In this document: positions 25,801 to 36,544 of the stretch, in pieces
How positions within the stretch are numbered: the first letter of the stretch is position 1
Layout of the letters: each line of letters starts with the position of its first letter
Assembly (NCBI RefSeq): GCF_009914755.1
Contig: NC_060928.1
DNA length: 64,000 nucleotides
From: the human T2T-CHM13v2.0 reference genome, Homo sapiens
Reading direction: 5' to 3' (one strand)
Notes under the pieces: model-generated
What the model was told of the DNA's origin: nothing
The model's input: the letters and a program-made list of their open reading frames with translations, nothing else
Database searches by the model: none
Made by a program: the position numbers and the translations under genes

Positions 25801-26879
25801 CTGTAAGAAATGGAGTTTTCTTTTTAGATACAGAAGAAAAAATTTAAGAGTAGAAAAAAAACACCAAGATATCAACATTGGTTACCTCTATCTACCATGT
25901 CTGCCTTTTTCTTGTATTTGTTTCAGAGTCAGCTGACCTCAATTAACTGTTAACTAGCTAGGTAATATAGCGAATAATTTAAGCTCTCATGAATGAAAGT
26001 TCATGTATGAAATAAAGGTTTAGATAAATAGAGTAGATAGGATGTAACCACTTTTCTTTAAATTTATGTGTGTACACAAAACACACACACAACCGTGAAG
26101 ACTATGCATCAAAAATCTACTTGTGATTATCCCAGATTATTGGTGATTTTCTTTTCTTTTCTCCTACTTGCTTATGGGGGTTTTCTAATTTTGTTTTACA
26201 GAAAACATGCATTACTTCTGGAATAAAAAGTTATAACTTTGTTTTTTGGACTAAGGGGTTGTTACTTTCTAACTGTAGGAATACATGTATTGTAAAATAA
26301 AGAATTTTTACTATTATGCTTGAAGAGTTGTATTAAAGCTTTAAGAGTTATATTAAAGATCTATCAAATTTGTGTCTTTAAGTCTTTACTGGAGTGGCCT
26401 GTAGGTCCCAATTTTAGCTTTAGCCTCTTTAATTAAAAATTGTGCAGAGAAGACCTTTGAGGTTCATGAGGATATTTGTAACCGGCTGGGTGGTTTTTCT
26501 TAGCCAAGCAAAACAAAATAGTCCTAGGGAAATAAAATTAGCTGGGCTCAAAGGAAAAGAGATAGCTCTGCATTTGGTCACCTACACCTCAAATTAATCC
26601 TACCCCTTGGCAGGATGCCACACCACACGGAGTCAAATGAACAAGGTGCAGGCAGATGCCCTCCCAGCTCCTCTCTCTAAGCCTACTCCACCTTCATCAG
26701 CCACTGGCTTTTCCTCTCCACTTCGTGTAAGTTTGGAGTTCTGGCCTGTAAATTAGGTCATCAACCACTTCACCTTGAAAGGAGAAAAACACGAAGAGCT
26801 TAAGCAGTTTATCTATGCTCTTACAGCTCTTTAGTGTCAGAGCAGTGTGTTCACCTAGAAACTGCTGTTAAAATTCCAA

Positions 26880-27270
26880 ATGACAGCAAGTCAAGCACCG
26901 CTGCTGTTCAACAGTTTCCTTCTCACATTAAAAATGGAATAATGGATATATCCACGACTGAAAATCCTACTCAGTAATAAACAATAAACACGAACACACT
27001 GATTTAAGCAACGGACATAAAAGAATCTCAAAAACATTAGGCTGCGGGAAAGAAACCAGACACAAAAGAATACCTACTGTATGGTTCCACTTACCTAAAG
27101 GCAAAACTAACTTGGAATGATAAAAATCAGATCAGTAGTTCCCTGGAGTCAGGGGAGAGTGAGGAATACCTGGCAAATAGGTGCGTCGGAATTCAGGGGG
27201 AGGGGCGATATTGATTACAGGGTAAATACATTTGCTAAAACACACATAACTGTGTTCTTCACAATCATGT
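26880..27270 (+). mobile_element. Old L1M 3'-end fragment in DDIT4L intron 2
   Basis: aatctcaaaaacatta...gaaagaaaccagacacaaaagaatacctactgtatggttccac. Confidence 0.7.
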
Positions 27271-27525
27271 AAGATAAGGAACTTAATCCCAAGGGGCCTA
27301 CTGGCACCAGACTAGAAAGATGCAGCCCTCGGGTATTCTACTTTTGCTACTTTTGTTTCTATCATGGAGAGAAGATGTTAGAAAATTTGGAAAGGAGTCT
27401 CCTCAGATGGATTTTGTGGCACCTCCTACATAGAGGTAGGGGAGGAAGTCGAAAGCCCGCCCACCCAATAGATCCAGAGGCACCGACCTTGGGAGGGGAG
27501 AAGGGTGGACAGCGGGGACACTCAC

Positions 27526-27616
27526 CACTTAGCAGGCTCTCTGGGTGATAGCCACAGTCCAGCAATTCTGAAATGCTGGCCGGGTTCTTGCTGCTCAAAC
27601 TGCCAGTTGCAACCAT
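27526..27616 (-). CDS. DDIT4L: DDIT4L first coding segment (exon 2 spans 27665-27526)
   Basis: ACCATGG Kozak context; MVATGSLSSKNPASISELLDCGYHPESLLS; donor G|GTGAGT at 27526/27525; acceptor TTTTTTCCAG| at 27666/27665. Confidence 0.98.
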
Positions 27617-27935
27617 GGTCAACGGCTCTGTTTCCTTCGCGAGGCGCAACGGCCTTTCCTGAGCGCTGGAAAAAATGAGGCGAGAAGAGACGGATTTGCA
27701 AAAGCAGGCGAGTCGTGCAGAGGCTCCTAAAATGCCCGGCGTCCCGGGAGCGAACTAGCGGAGGAACTCCTTTGCCAAAGGGGTGGAACCGGCCTCTGCA
27801 ACTCAATTTGACAAAGCCCTGGGAGCGGAGCCGCAACCTGAAACTAACTCAACAGTTCGCAAAACTTGGAAGCGACCTGCCCCGCGGAGCGCCCCCCGGC
27901 CCCGCTGCCCCCACCAAGGCCGCAGCTTCGCTCAC

Positions 27936-28098
27936 CTGCCAGGAGTTCGCGGGGGCCTGCGCGCTCGCTGCCGGGTAAACACAGGCAGGTGGCTTCTTAG
28001 GAGTCCCCTCTCCTGGGGACTCGGTGACCTGCAGACCCCAGCAGCCAGCGGCACCCTGCTCACCCCTCCCCGGCCACCCTGCGCCGGCTCCTCGCAGT
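27936..28098 (-). other. DDIT4L: DDIT4L non-coding exon 1 (5'UTR)
   Basis: Strong donor CAG|GTGAGC at 27936/27935; TSS inferred at Inr-like CTACT (A at 28098), ~30 nt downstream of the TATA box. Confidence 0.8.
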
Positions 28099-28123
28099 AG
28101 CATAGCCTCCGGGGCAGCGAGAA

Positions 28124-28203
28124 CTTTATAGGTCCAGTCCCCACCCTGCTCAGGCCCGCCCACCTGCACCGCCCCTCCCCGGCCAGCGCCCCGCCCCTCC
28201 CCT
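28124..28203 (-). promoter_or_regulatory. DDIT4L: Core promoter: TATA box plus three GC boxes
   Basis: TATAAAG at 28130-28124; GGGCGG at 28161-28156, 28174-28169 and 28196-28191. Confidence 0.85.
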
Positions 28204-30939
28204 CCAGAGTCTGGTCCCCTTTCAACCTCTACACTTCCAGGGAGCCCGAGCCTAGCCACAGGGAGTTGAGGATAAGCCTGTGGTAGAGCGGACACCTGTT
28301 GCTTCCAGGGTAGATCTCGGGCCACTGGGACCGCAATTCCGGGTGCACGACTCGTCAAAGCCTGAACCTGATTGTTCAGTGCGACCCCTCCCCGAGCGTC
28401 CGCGCTTTCACACTCAGGCTGCTCCCGGCAGCGGGAAGCTTTAAGCGATCTGTGCATTTCCTTGTCCTGGGGCTTTGCTGTGTCATCCTGAACACTTGGC
28501 TTAAATCTGTTGCAACGTCCACTGAGCATCATTTATGCACTTATTTCTGGCCTCTAACCCAGTCAACTCTACTCTGCCTCCCAGGGTTTCTGTATCCTCC
28601 TCTGCTGCAAGCGGTCAGATCTAGTTTTCCTTTCCCGCATCGAAGGCTCGCCAGCATTTTAAGAAGGGCCTTAATGACCCCACGCACTCCGTGGCTCCCT
28701 GGCATTCTTCGTGCACTTACATCTGTGGCTAATGCGTTTTCTTCGCAGGAAGGGTGAGCCTGGCACTCTTCTAATTAGACCTTGCCCCAGAGCGCGGGGA
28801 GCTTGAATTGAGCGGGAGTTTGCCAAGAAACACACAATACCATTAGTAGGATCTTAGGTACTCCTCTATCCGTGCATCGAGAGCAACTGTCATTTCCGGA
28901 GGCAGAAGTTTCTGGCGAGCCCTGTTGGGAGGATCTTTGGTTTGGGATATTTTGAAGAGGTTTCAGAGACTGAAGATAAAGAGTTTTATATTCTGCTGGG
29001 GATCAGCAGATAATCCCTGTGAGGGCTCCGTGCGGTCCTGCACAGGAACACACAGAGAGGCAGAGGAGCCCTGGAAAGAGGCAACATGCCCGCATAGCCC
29101 ATGAGCAAGAAGCCAAACCTGATTTTTTTCTTCCAAAGTTATTAAGCCACGGTTTTCTCGCTTTGGTGTGCCAGTAGGAGATGATCTGTTCAGAGAGTCA
29201 GCTTGGGGTGCGTTAGGGGATGCCTGGAGGGAGAAGGTTGTTCCTACAGTAGAGATCCCAGTGTTGGCTCCCAGGCCCTCTAGGATTATGTGTAGAAGGA
29301 TTTGCAGGTTAGAACCTTGAAAGGCAGTTTCAGCTGTCCTGGCATAAAACTCTTAGAAAAACAACAACAGAAGGGGTATAGAGGGTGTGATAAACAGATC
29401 AGTGGGAGGACATTCGGACGCAGAGCAGCAGAAATTAAAGCCAGCTTGACAGTCCATTTTTAACTCAGTTCAGGCAGCTGCACTGCCTGAAGGTCAGGCG
29501 AGCCAAGGAAGGAGATGCTGATAGACTGGTCTTTGAAGGCCAGTTTCCACTTCTACTTCAATAAACAGAAAAGTGGAAAATAAACAAGCCCATTTAAGCC
29601 AATTAAAAAGCGGTTTCAGTGGCTAGGGTGTTCAGGACCAATGGATGGGCCCATGGTCAGGTGTTGGATGCCAGCCGCCTGACAGTCAGTCCCTGGGCAG
29701 GCCACAGAGCCTCTTGTCCTTGTCTGGGCAGCATTACTAATGAGGCTGCCACTTAACCTGCCTCCAAGGAGGATTTTTAGAATTAATATAATGAGTGGTC
29801 TGAACCAATACTAGCGAAATAAAGAAATTACTCGTTTCAATTTCCTTAGGGTATTTAGGCATAATTCATAGAGTAAATGCCCCCATAGGGCCAGAAAGAT
29901 TATTGGAACTTACAGAAAGTAGTAGTTGCTCTTGGCCCACCTGACTAAATGAAATTTTGCAAAGCCCTTTGGGATTTGACTTCAGAAAACAATTTACTTA
30001 TGTACAAAAGACTTCAAATAATATCTTCTTGGCTGAATGGGCCTTGCTCTCAGGACATACAGGGCATAAGGAATGATTGAGGTAAAACACATACCTGGAA
30101 TAATTAAGAATGTCCTTTTTTATCTACTTAAAAGCGTAGAAAATCCATTCTATCACCAGTTTGCATCTTCACAAGGTTAAACAGAACTGATTTTTTAAAA
30201 ATTTGAAGCATAGAGAAGAATTAGGAAAAACTAAGTGCCATTATAGGCTAAGTGCAAGGTGACACAGTCTATCAGATTTCAGAAAAATGTGGATACAGTC
30301 AATTATTTATAACTGAAAGTTCGCATTGGGGAACTTCAGGTGTTTATTAAGTGCAGTGATAAAGAAGTTTGTTTTATTGCTCTTTCATTATATCCTCTAA
30401 CTAATACTATATAAACAGTTTGTGGGAGTGCTTACTGGAAATAGTTGTGTATGAATAGAAAATCTAGTCAGTTAAATAATTTGATTTCCTTTCATACACC
30501 AATGTATTATAAGAAACTATCTAAATCATAGGCAAAGGCTTTAACTTAAGCATGCTTGCTTTTTTATTACTATAATTCACTAATCCATCTTCTTACTGAA
30601 AGAAAATGAGATAGCAGTAACAACTGGCAACCATATGTTCATCTGATGTATTTGCAAATATTTAAGTTCTAGGCTTCCTCAGGTATAAATATAGTATTCA
30701 TAATGTCATTGCTTATGTAAAGTATAAATTCACAATGCCAGGGATACTGAAAAAAACAAAAAGCAAAAATGATGCTTTCATGTATTATTACAGGAAATGT
30801 TGGTGTCTTTTGCATTTGTGATTTGGAGTGTTGAATGTTCATTACGTGTTTCACTAGCCAATTTTCTGTCTTTATTTGGTATGAACACTTATTTTTGAAT
30901 CTTATTAATACATTTACGTTCCACACATAGCTTATTTTA

Positions 30940-31085
30940 TTTCATAAACTATGACACCTGAGGGAAAGTTACTGAGTTTCTTAATCTGTGCAATTCAGGG
31001 AAAACTTACAGGACATGGAAATTGATCTATACATTAGCAGTAAGCTCATGGGGTTATTGTAAGGATTAAAAGAGAAACCCTTAAA
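30940..31085 (+). mobile_element. MIR SINE (degenerate)
   Basis: ctgagtttcttaatctgt...catggggttattgtaaggattaaa. Confidence 0.5.
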
Positions 31086-31902
31086 ATCAATGCTAAATAT
31101 TATCTCTTTTTTATAAACAAATATGAGATCTTTAAATGCACACTGCCTCTAGATTCCCTTAGTTATGCTAAGTTTGTAAATTTGGTGTCTCATGCAAAGT
31201 GCTTAGAACCAAACTAACACTGATATTAGGCAAGAACTTAATGAGTGATATTATTATTATTGCTGTTATTATGTTCTGAAATTGTAGTTATCTGGGTCAG
31301 TGCAACAAGCAAGTGGCTAAATGGAGTTGGGGAAGTGTTGTTAAAGTATAAGAAAATTTATGATCTTTCCTGTTTGCAGGAAATCTGGAAAGTATTGGCA
31401 CTGATTAGGAAAGCCTTTTTTATTATAATACATCCATCACTGTATGGGAAAGCAGGAAAGGATCTGCCAATGAAACGTAAGAAAATAATGTGGGTAAAAA
31501 ATTATCTTGGTGTAAAATACAGAGTTTTATATGTTAACTTTCCTCTATTAATCTAGGAAATAGTTTTCTGGAAATAAATAACATCTACAGACAATTGAAA
31601 CTATTGACTATAGAATGACGCAGTTGTTTCAAGGTATGTGTGATCATCTGTTAACATACTCGGTGAGATATTTAATCATAATTTTTATTTGCCTTTGAGG
31701 GTGCATCACCCAATACAATTTCCATTTAATTATTAAATATTCAATATGACTTATTCTGTTAAGTAAGGTAACATGGAAACTTATCTCGTATAAGACAAAA
31801 AGCAGGCCCAATACATAAAATAATACATAATGCTTGCTATTAAAAGCTGAGAGAATCTTCCAATAACACAAGGGTTTGCCTCTCTTTTTAAGCAGAGAAA
31901 TG

Positions 31903-31916
31903 GTTACCATAGCAAC
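31903..31916. promoter_or_regulatory. RFX X-box motif
   Basis: GTTACCATAGCAAC matches GTTRCCATRGYAAC; function untested. Confidence 0.55.
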
Positions 31917-32695
31917 TTGTCTCTTAATATAGTTATATGATTTTGTTCTCTTCATAAACAATGCTGTGTATTATCAGTCTTTAAATAGAGATAATATGTT
32001 TAAATGCATACAATATCTGCTTTTCCTTAATTATGGAAAAATGTATAATTCAGGTGACCATATCAGAGGATGTCAGCCAGGAACATGGAGTGGGTCCTTG
32101 ACATTTGTCTAGCGATACATCTTAAAACTTTTACAAGTTCCAAATTTGAGAATACCACTATGCCATACCATTTTTTCTGGAATTTTAATGTGCACCAGGA
32201 GATGAGGAAAATAAAGCTACATGCTCATGTCAATGTTGGGTTCCTTACTGGTTTCCCTTCCTGTATCAACCAAGTGTCCTATTTTGGTGGGCCAGCCTTG
32301 CACAGCTTTTGTCATTGACATTTGTATCCTAGCAAAATTACACATTACTTCATGACATAAACCTGTGGGGTTGCTTAAGAAGAGAATTAAATCTGAGAAT
32401 GCCTGAGTGTCGACTAGATATGGAATTCTGCAGGGTACTTTTTAGAATGGGATCTGATCTCCATTCTGCAGATTTAAAGCACATTAAGGTTAAGAAATTT
32501 GACTAGTCCAGAATGATTCAGTTTTTTCATCTTCATGGTGTAGTAGTTAGTGCATGAACTGTGCAGCCTAACTCCTAGCAGTGACATTTACTAGCTGTGT
32601 AACTTGGATTAGGTACTTAACATTTCTGTGCCTCTATTTTCACCTTTAAAATGGGAATTACGGAGAAGGAAGTGAGAGGGAGAGATGTGTTAAAG

Positions 32696-34750
32696 CAGCA
32701 GTCCCCAACCTTTTTGGCACCAGGGACTTGTTTGTGGAAGAGAATTTTTCCTCAGTTGAGGATGCAGATGTTTTGGGGATGAAACTGTTCCACTTCAGAT
32801 CAACAGGCATTAGTTACATTCTCATGAGGAATGGGTAACCTAGATCCCTCACAGGCAGTTCACAAAGGGTTCATGCTCCTATGAGAATCTAATGTTGCAG
32901 CTGAGGCAGAACTCAGGTGGGAATGCAGGCAATGGGTAGCAGCTGTAAATACAGATGAAGCTTTGTTCCTTGCCCACCCACTGCTCCCTTCCTGCTTTGC
33001 ACCCAGTTTCTAACAGGCCATGGACTGGTACTGGTCTGTCCGGAATTGGTGGGTTCTTGGTCTCCCTGACTTCAAGAATGAAGCCGCGGACCCTCGCAGT
33101 GAGTGTTACAGCTCTTAAGGTGGTGTGTCTGGAGTTTGTTCCTTCTGATGTTCGGATGTCGGAGTTTCTTCCTTCTGGTGGGTTCGTGGTCTCGCTGGCT
33201 CAGGAATGAAGCAGCAGACCTTCGAAGTGAGTGTTACAGCTCTTAAGGTGGCGTGTCTGGAGTTTGTTCCTTCTGATGTTCGGATGTCGGAGTTTCTTCC
33301 TTCTGGTGGGTTCGTGGTGTCGCTGGCTCAGGAATGAAGCCGCAGACCTTCGAAGTGAGTGTTACAGCTCTTAAGGTGGCGTGTCTGGTGTTTGTTCCTT
33401 CTGATGTTCGGATATGTTCGGAGTTTCTTCCTTCTGGTGTGTTCGTGGTCTCGCTGGCTCAGGAATGAAGCCGCGGACCTTTGCGGTGAATGTTACAGCT
33501 CTTAAGGCGGCGCGCCTGGAGTTGTTAATTCCTCCCGGTGGGCTCCTGGTCTTGCTGGCTTCAGGAGTGAAGCTGCAGACTTTGGCGGTGAGTGTTACAG
33601 CTCATAAAAGCAGTGGACCCAAAGAGTGAGCAGCAGCAAGAGTTATTGCAAAGAGTAAAAGAACAACGCTTCCACAGTGTGGAAGGTGACCCGAGCGGGT
33701 TACCACTGCCGGCTGGGGCAGCCTGCTTTTATTCTCTTATCTGGCCCCACCCACATCCTGCTGATTGGTAGAGTCTAGTGGTCTGTTTTGACAGGGTGCT
33801 GATTGGTGCGTTTACAATCCCTGAGCTAGACACAAAGGTTCTCCACCTCCCCACCAGATTAGCTAGACACAGAGTGTCCACACAAAGGTTCTCCAAGGCC
33901 CCACCAGAATAGCTAGATACAGAGTGTCAATTGGTGTATTCACAAACCCTGAGCTAGACACAGGGTGCTGATTGGTGTATTTACAAACCTTGAGCTAGAT
34001 ACAGAGTGCCCATTGGTGTATTTACAATCCCTGAGCTAGACATAAAGGTTCTCCATGTCCCCATCAGATTCAGGAGGCCAGCTGGCTTCACCCAGTGGAT
34101 CCCGAACCAGGGCTGCAGGTGGAGCTGCCTGCCAGTCCCGCACCGTGCGCCCACACTCCTCAGCCCTTGGGTGGTCGATAGGACTGGGCGCCGTGGAGCA
34201 GGGGGCGGCGCTCATCGGCGAGGCTCGGGCTGCACAGGAGCCCATGGAGGGGGTGGGAGGCAGAGGCATGGCCGGCTGCAGGTCCTGAGCCCTGCTCCGC
34301 GGGAAGGCAGCTAAGGCCTGGTGAGAAATCGAGTGCAGTGCCGGTGGGCTGGCACTGCTGGGGGACCCAGTACACCCTCTGCAGCCGCTGGCCCGGGTGC
34401 TAAGCCCCTCATTGCCCGGAGCCGGCAGGGCCGGCCGGCTGCTCCTAGTGCCGGGCCGGCCAAGCCCACGCCCACCCGGAACTCCAGCTGGCCCCCAAGC
34501 GCAGTGCGCAGTCCCGGTTCCCGCTCGCGCCTCTCCCTCCACACCTCCCTGCAAGCTGAGGGAGCTGGCTCGGGCCTTGGCCAGCCCAGAAAAGGGCTCC
34601 CACAGTGCAGCGGTGGGCTGAAGGGCTCCTCAAGTGCCGCCAAAGTGGGAGCCCAGGCAGAGGAGGCGCTGAGAGCGAGCAAGGGCTGTGAGGACTGCCA
34701 GCACGCTGTCACCTCTCACTGGTCCGTGGCCTGACGGTTGGAGACCCCTG
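32696..34750 (+). mobile_element. MER1 hAT-Charlie element interrupted by LTR12
   Basis: TIRs cagcagtccccaacc / ggttggagacccctg; perfect 8-bp TSD tgttaaag. Confidence 0.9.
33037..34718 (-). mobile_element. LTR12 (LTR12C-like, ERV9) solo LTR
   Basis: Minus strand TGAGAGGTGACAGCGTGCTGGC...CCAATTCCGGACA; CpG-rich U3, repeated CCAAT units, U5 tandem repeats; flanking repeat ctggtc. Confidence 0.95.
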
Positions 34751-35279
34751 TGTTAAAGGATACAAAATTATAGCTAGGTAAGAGGAATCAGTTCTAGTGT
34801 TTCTTCCACTGTAGGGTGACTATAGTTAACAATAATACGGTGTTTTAAATAGCTAGAAGGAGGATATTGAATGTTCCCAACACAGAGAAATAATGAATAT
34901 TTTCCCAACACAGAGAAATGATGAATATGATTAGTGGGATATGGTAATTACCCCAATTTGATCACTATACATTTTATGTGTTGCAACATTACTGTGTACC
35001 GCATGAAAATGTATAATTATTATTTGTCAACTAAAAAAATTTTTAAAACTACACTAAATAAATAAAATGAGAATTATAATAATTTTACCTTACAGGGCTG
35101 TTGTGGGGATTCAATGAGTGAATGCATAATGTACTCAATAAATGTTAGCCATGATCAGAATGATGATTTTACTCTGACCTTGAAAAATTCTCAAAGTCAT
35201 GGTGACATTTTTAATGAACAGGTAGCTAGAGGAGTATTTACATATGATCAAGAGTGTGTATAAAAGTATGTCTTGTACA

Positions 35280-35490
35280 TAATCATTCATTTGGTCAACT
35301 GACATTCAGTAACTATTTGTTGTGTATTAATTATGTTAGGCCCTGAGAACACAACAGGAAACCAGATACGTTTGGTGCCCATCACCAGACAGATTATAGT
35401 TTAGAAAGCTATATAGGCAAATAAATACAAGATTATAAATAGTGTGATAAAGTTAGGGGAGGTACAGGGTGCTCCAGGAGCACAATGATA
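35280..35490 (-). mobile_element. L2 3' fragment
   Basis: tcattcatt...aactatttgttg...ggccctgagaacaca. Confidence 0.55.
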
Positions 35491-35524
35491 TAAACACTAA
35501 TGTGTTTTGAAATAAGATTTATAA

Positions 35525-35675
35525 CCTTGCTGCTCATCATGTGTATCACGGACCAAAAGCATAGGCATCTCTTGGGAGAGTGTAAGAAATGCAAAATCTC
35601 AGGCCTCACCCTACACTACTGGAAACAGAATCTGCTTTTTAGTAAGATTTTTAGGTGATGCATATTGTATGCAAT
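35525..35675. mobile_element. MER5A-type MITE
   Basis: agaaatgcaaaatctcaggcctcaccctacactactggaaacagaatctgc. Confidence 0.75.
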
Positions 35676-36544
35676 TAAAACAGATTTTAGTTAAAGACAA
35701 TGAACAAAACCGTAAGACAATCTAAGCACTTGCAAAGCTATTTCTTGGCCAATTAAGAAAAAATATTTCTTGAGTACCTACTATGTGCAAGGCCTTGATG
35801 CAAGGTGGATAGAATCTCAGCTGGTAAGTGTTTGTTGATTCTCCATAGCTTAAGTCAGATATAATGGCTGTAATGAAAATAATCCATCCTGTGTGGTTTT
35901 TAGCTCCTGGGCCTGGCTCACAGACCACACACAGCTATGTGAAAACAGTCTGGTTTTCAGAGAAGACTGTATTATGTAAAAATTAAGTCCTGTTTTAATA
36001 AAGTTGAGACATTATCAAACCCTGAATTATATTCAACCTTGATGGAATGGAAGCCTATAATATAACACAAGGAAGGGGCTTATATAATAAAATGTATTTA
36101 AAGTAATTGGTCTATGGAAAGTTGCATTTGGAAACCACAAATTTAGAAGGAAGAGAGTAACACAGAAAGATATATCTTATTACTTCCAAATTTACTACAG
36201 AGGATAAATAAAGTTATGTATGTATTCATTTCTTCTGCTGTAATTGTATCATAAAATATGTTTTAAAACACTGACTTAGTTTTTGAAATATTGTGCTGGT
36301 AATTGGGAACTATTTTTGTAGATGTTATCTATTGTGGTAGAAGAGCTAAATTGTAAATTGCTGAAGAAGCCTTTCAGGGGATGTCAATATTAGCTATAAG
36401 CGTGCTGAAGTACATTCAGTTTTGTGACATTATTGATGCATCATATCTAAATTGAGCAATAAATGGTACTTAATTTATAGCATCACATAATTACCTTTGC
36501 AGGTAGCTTGTGAGGCTTATAAAACAGGCCTCACCTCTGAATAT

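Larger units (their letters stand above)
27460..28820. promoter_or_regulatory. DDIT4L: CpG island over DDIT4L promoter, exon 1 and exon 2
   Basis: Visibly high GC and dense CpG against AT-rich flanks; limits approximate. Confidence 0.9.
32540..35150 (+). mobile_element. MIR (32540-32660 and 35063-35150) interrupted by an L1M 3' fragment (32661-35062)
   Basis: MIR core on both sides; TSD taaaatgggaatta / taaaatgagaatta; L1 3' text ggatacaaaattatagctag. Confidence 0.8.

Noticed and set aside
27849-28532. 227-aa ORF and other ORFs across the CpG island
   Set aside because: GC-rich stop-poor sequence spanning promoter and intron; TTG start; no recognisable domain
28681-28685. Hypoxia response element core (GCGTG, minus strand) upstream of DDIT4L
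   Set aside because: A 5-mer expected by chance in a CpG island
34006-34734. Cluster of overlapping ORFs up to 172 aa
   Set aside because: All lie inside the GC-rich LTR12 U3 region
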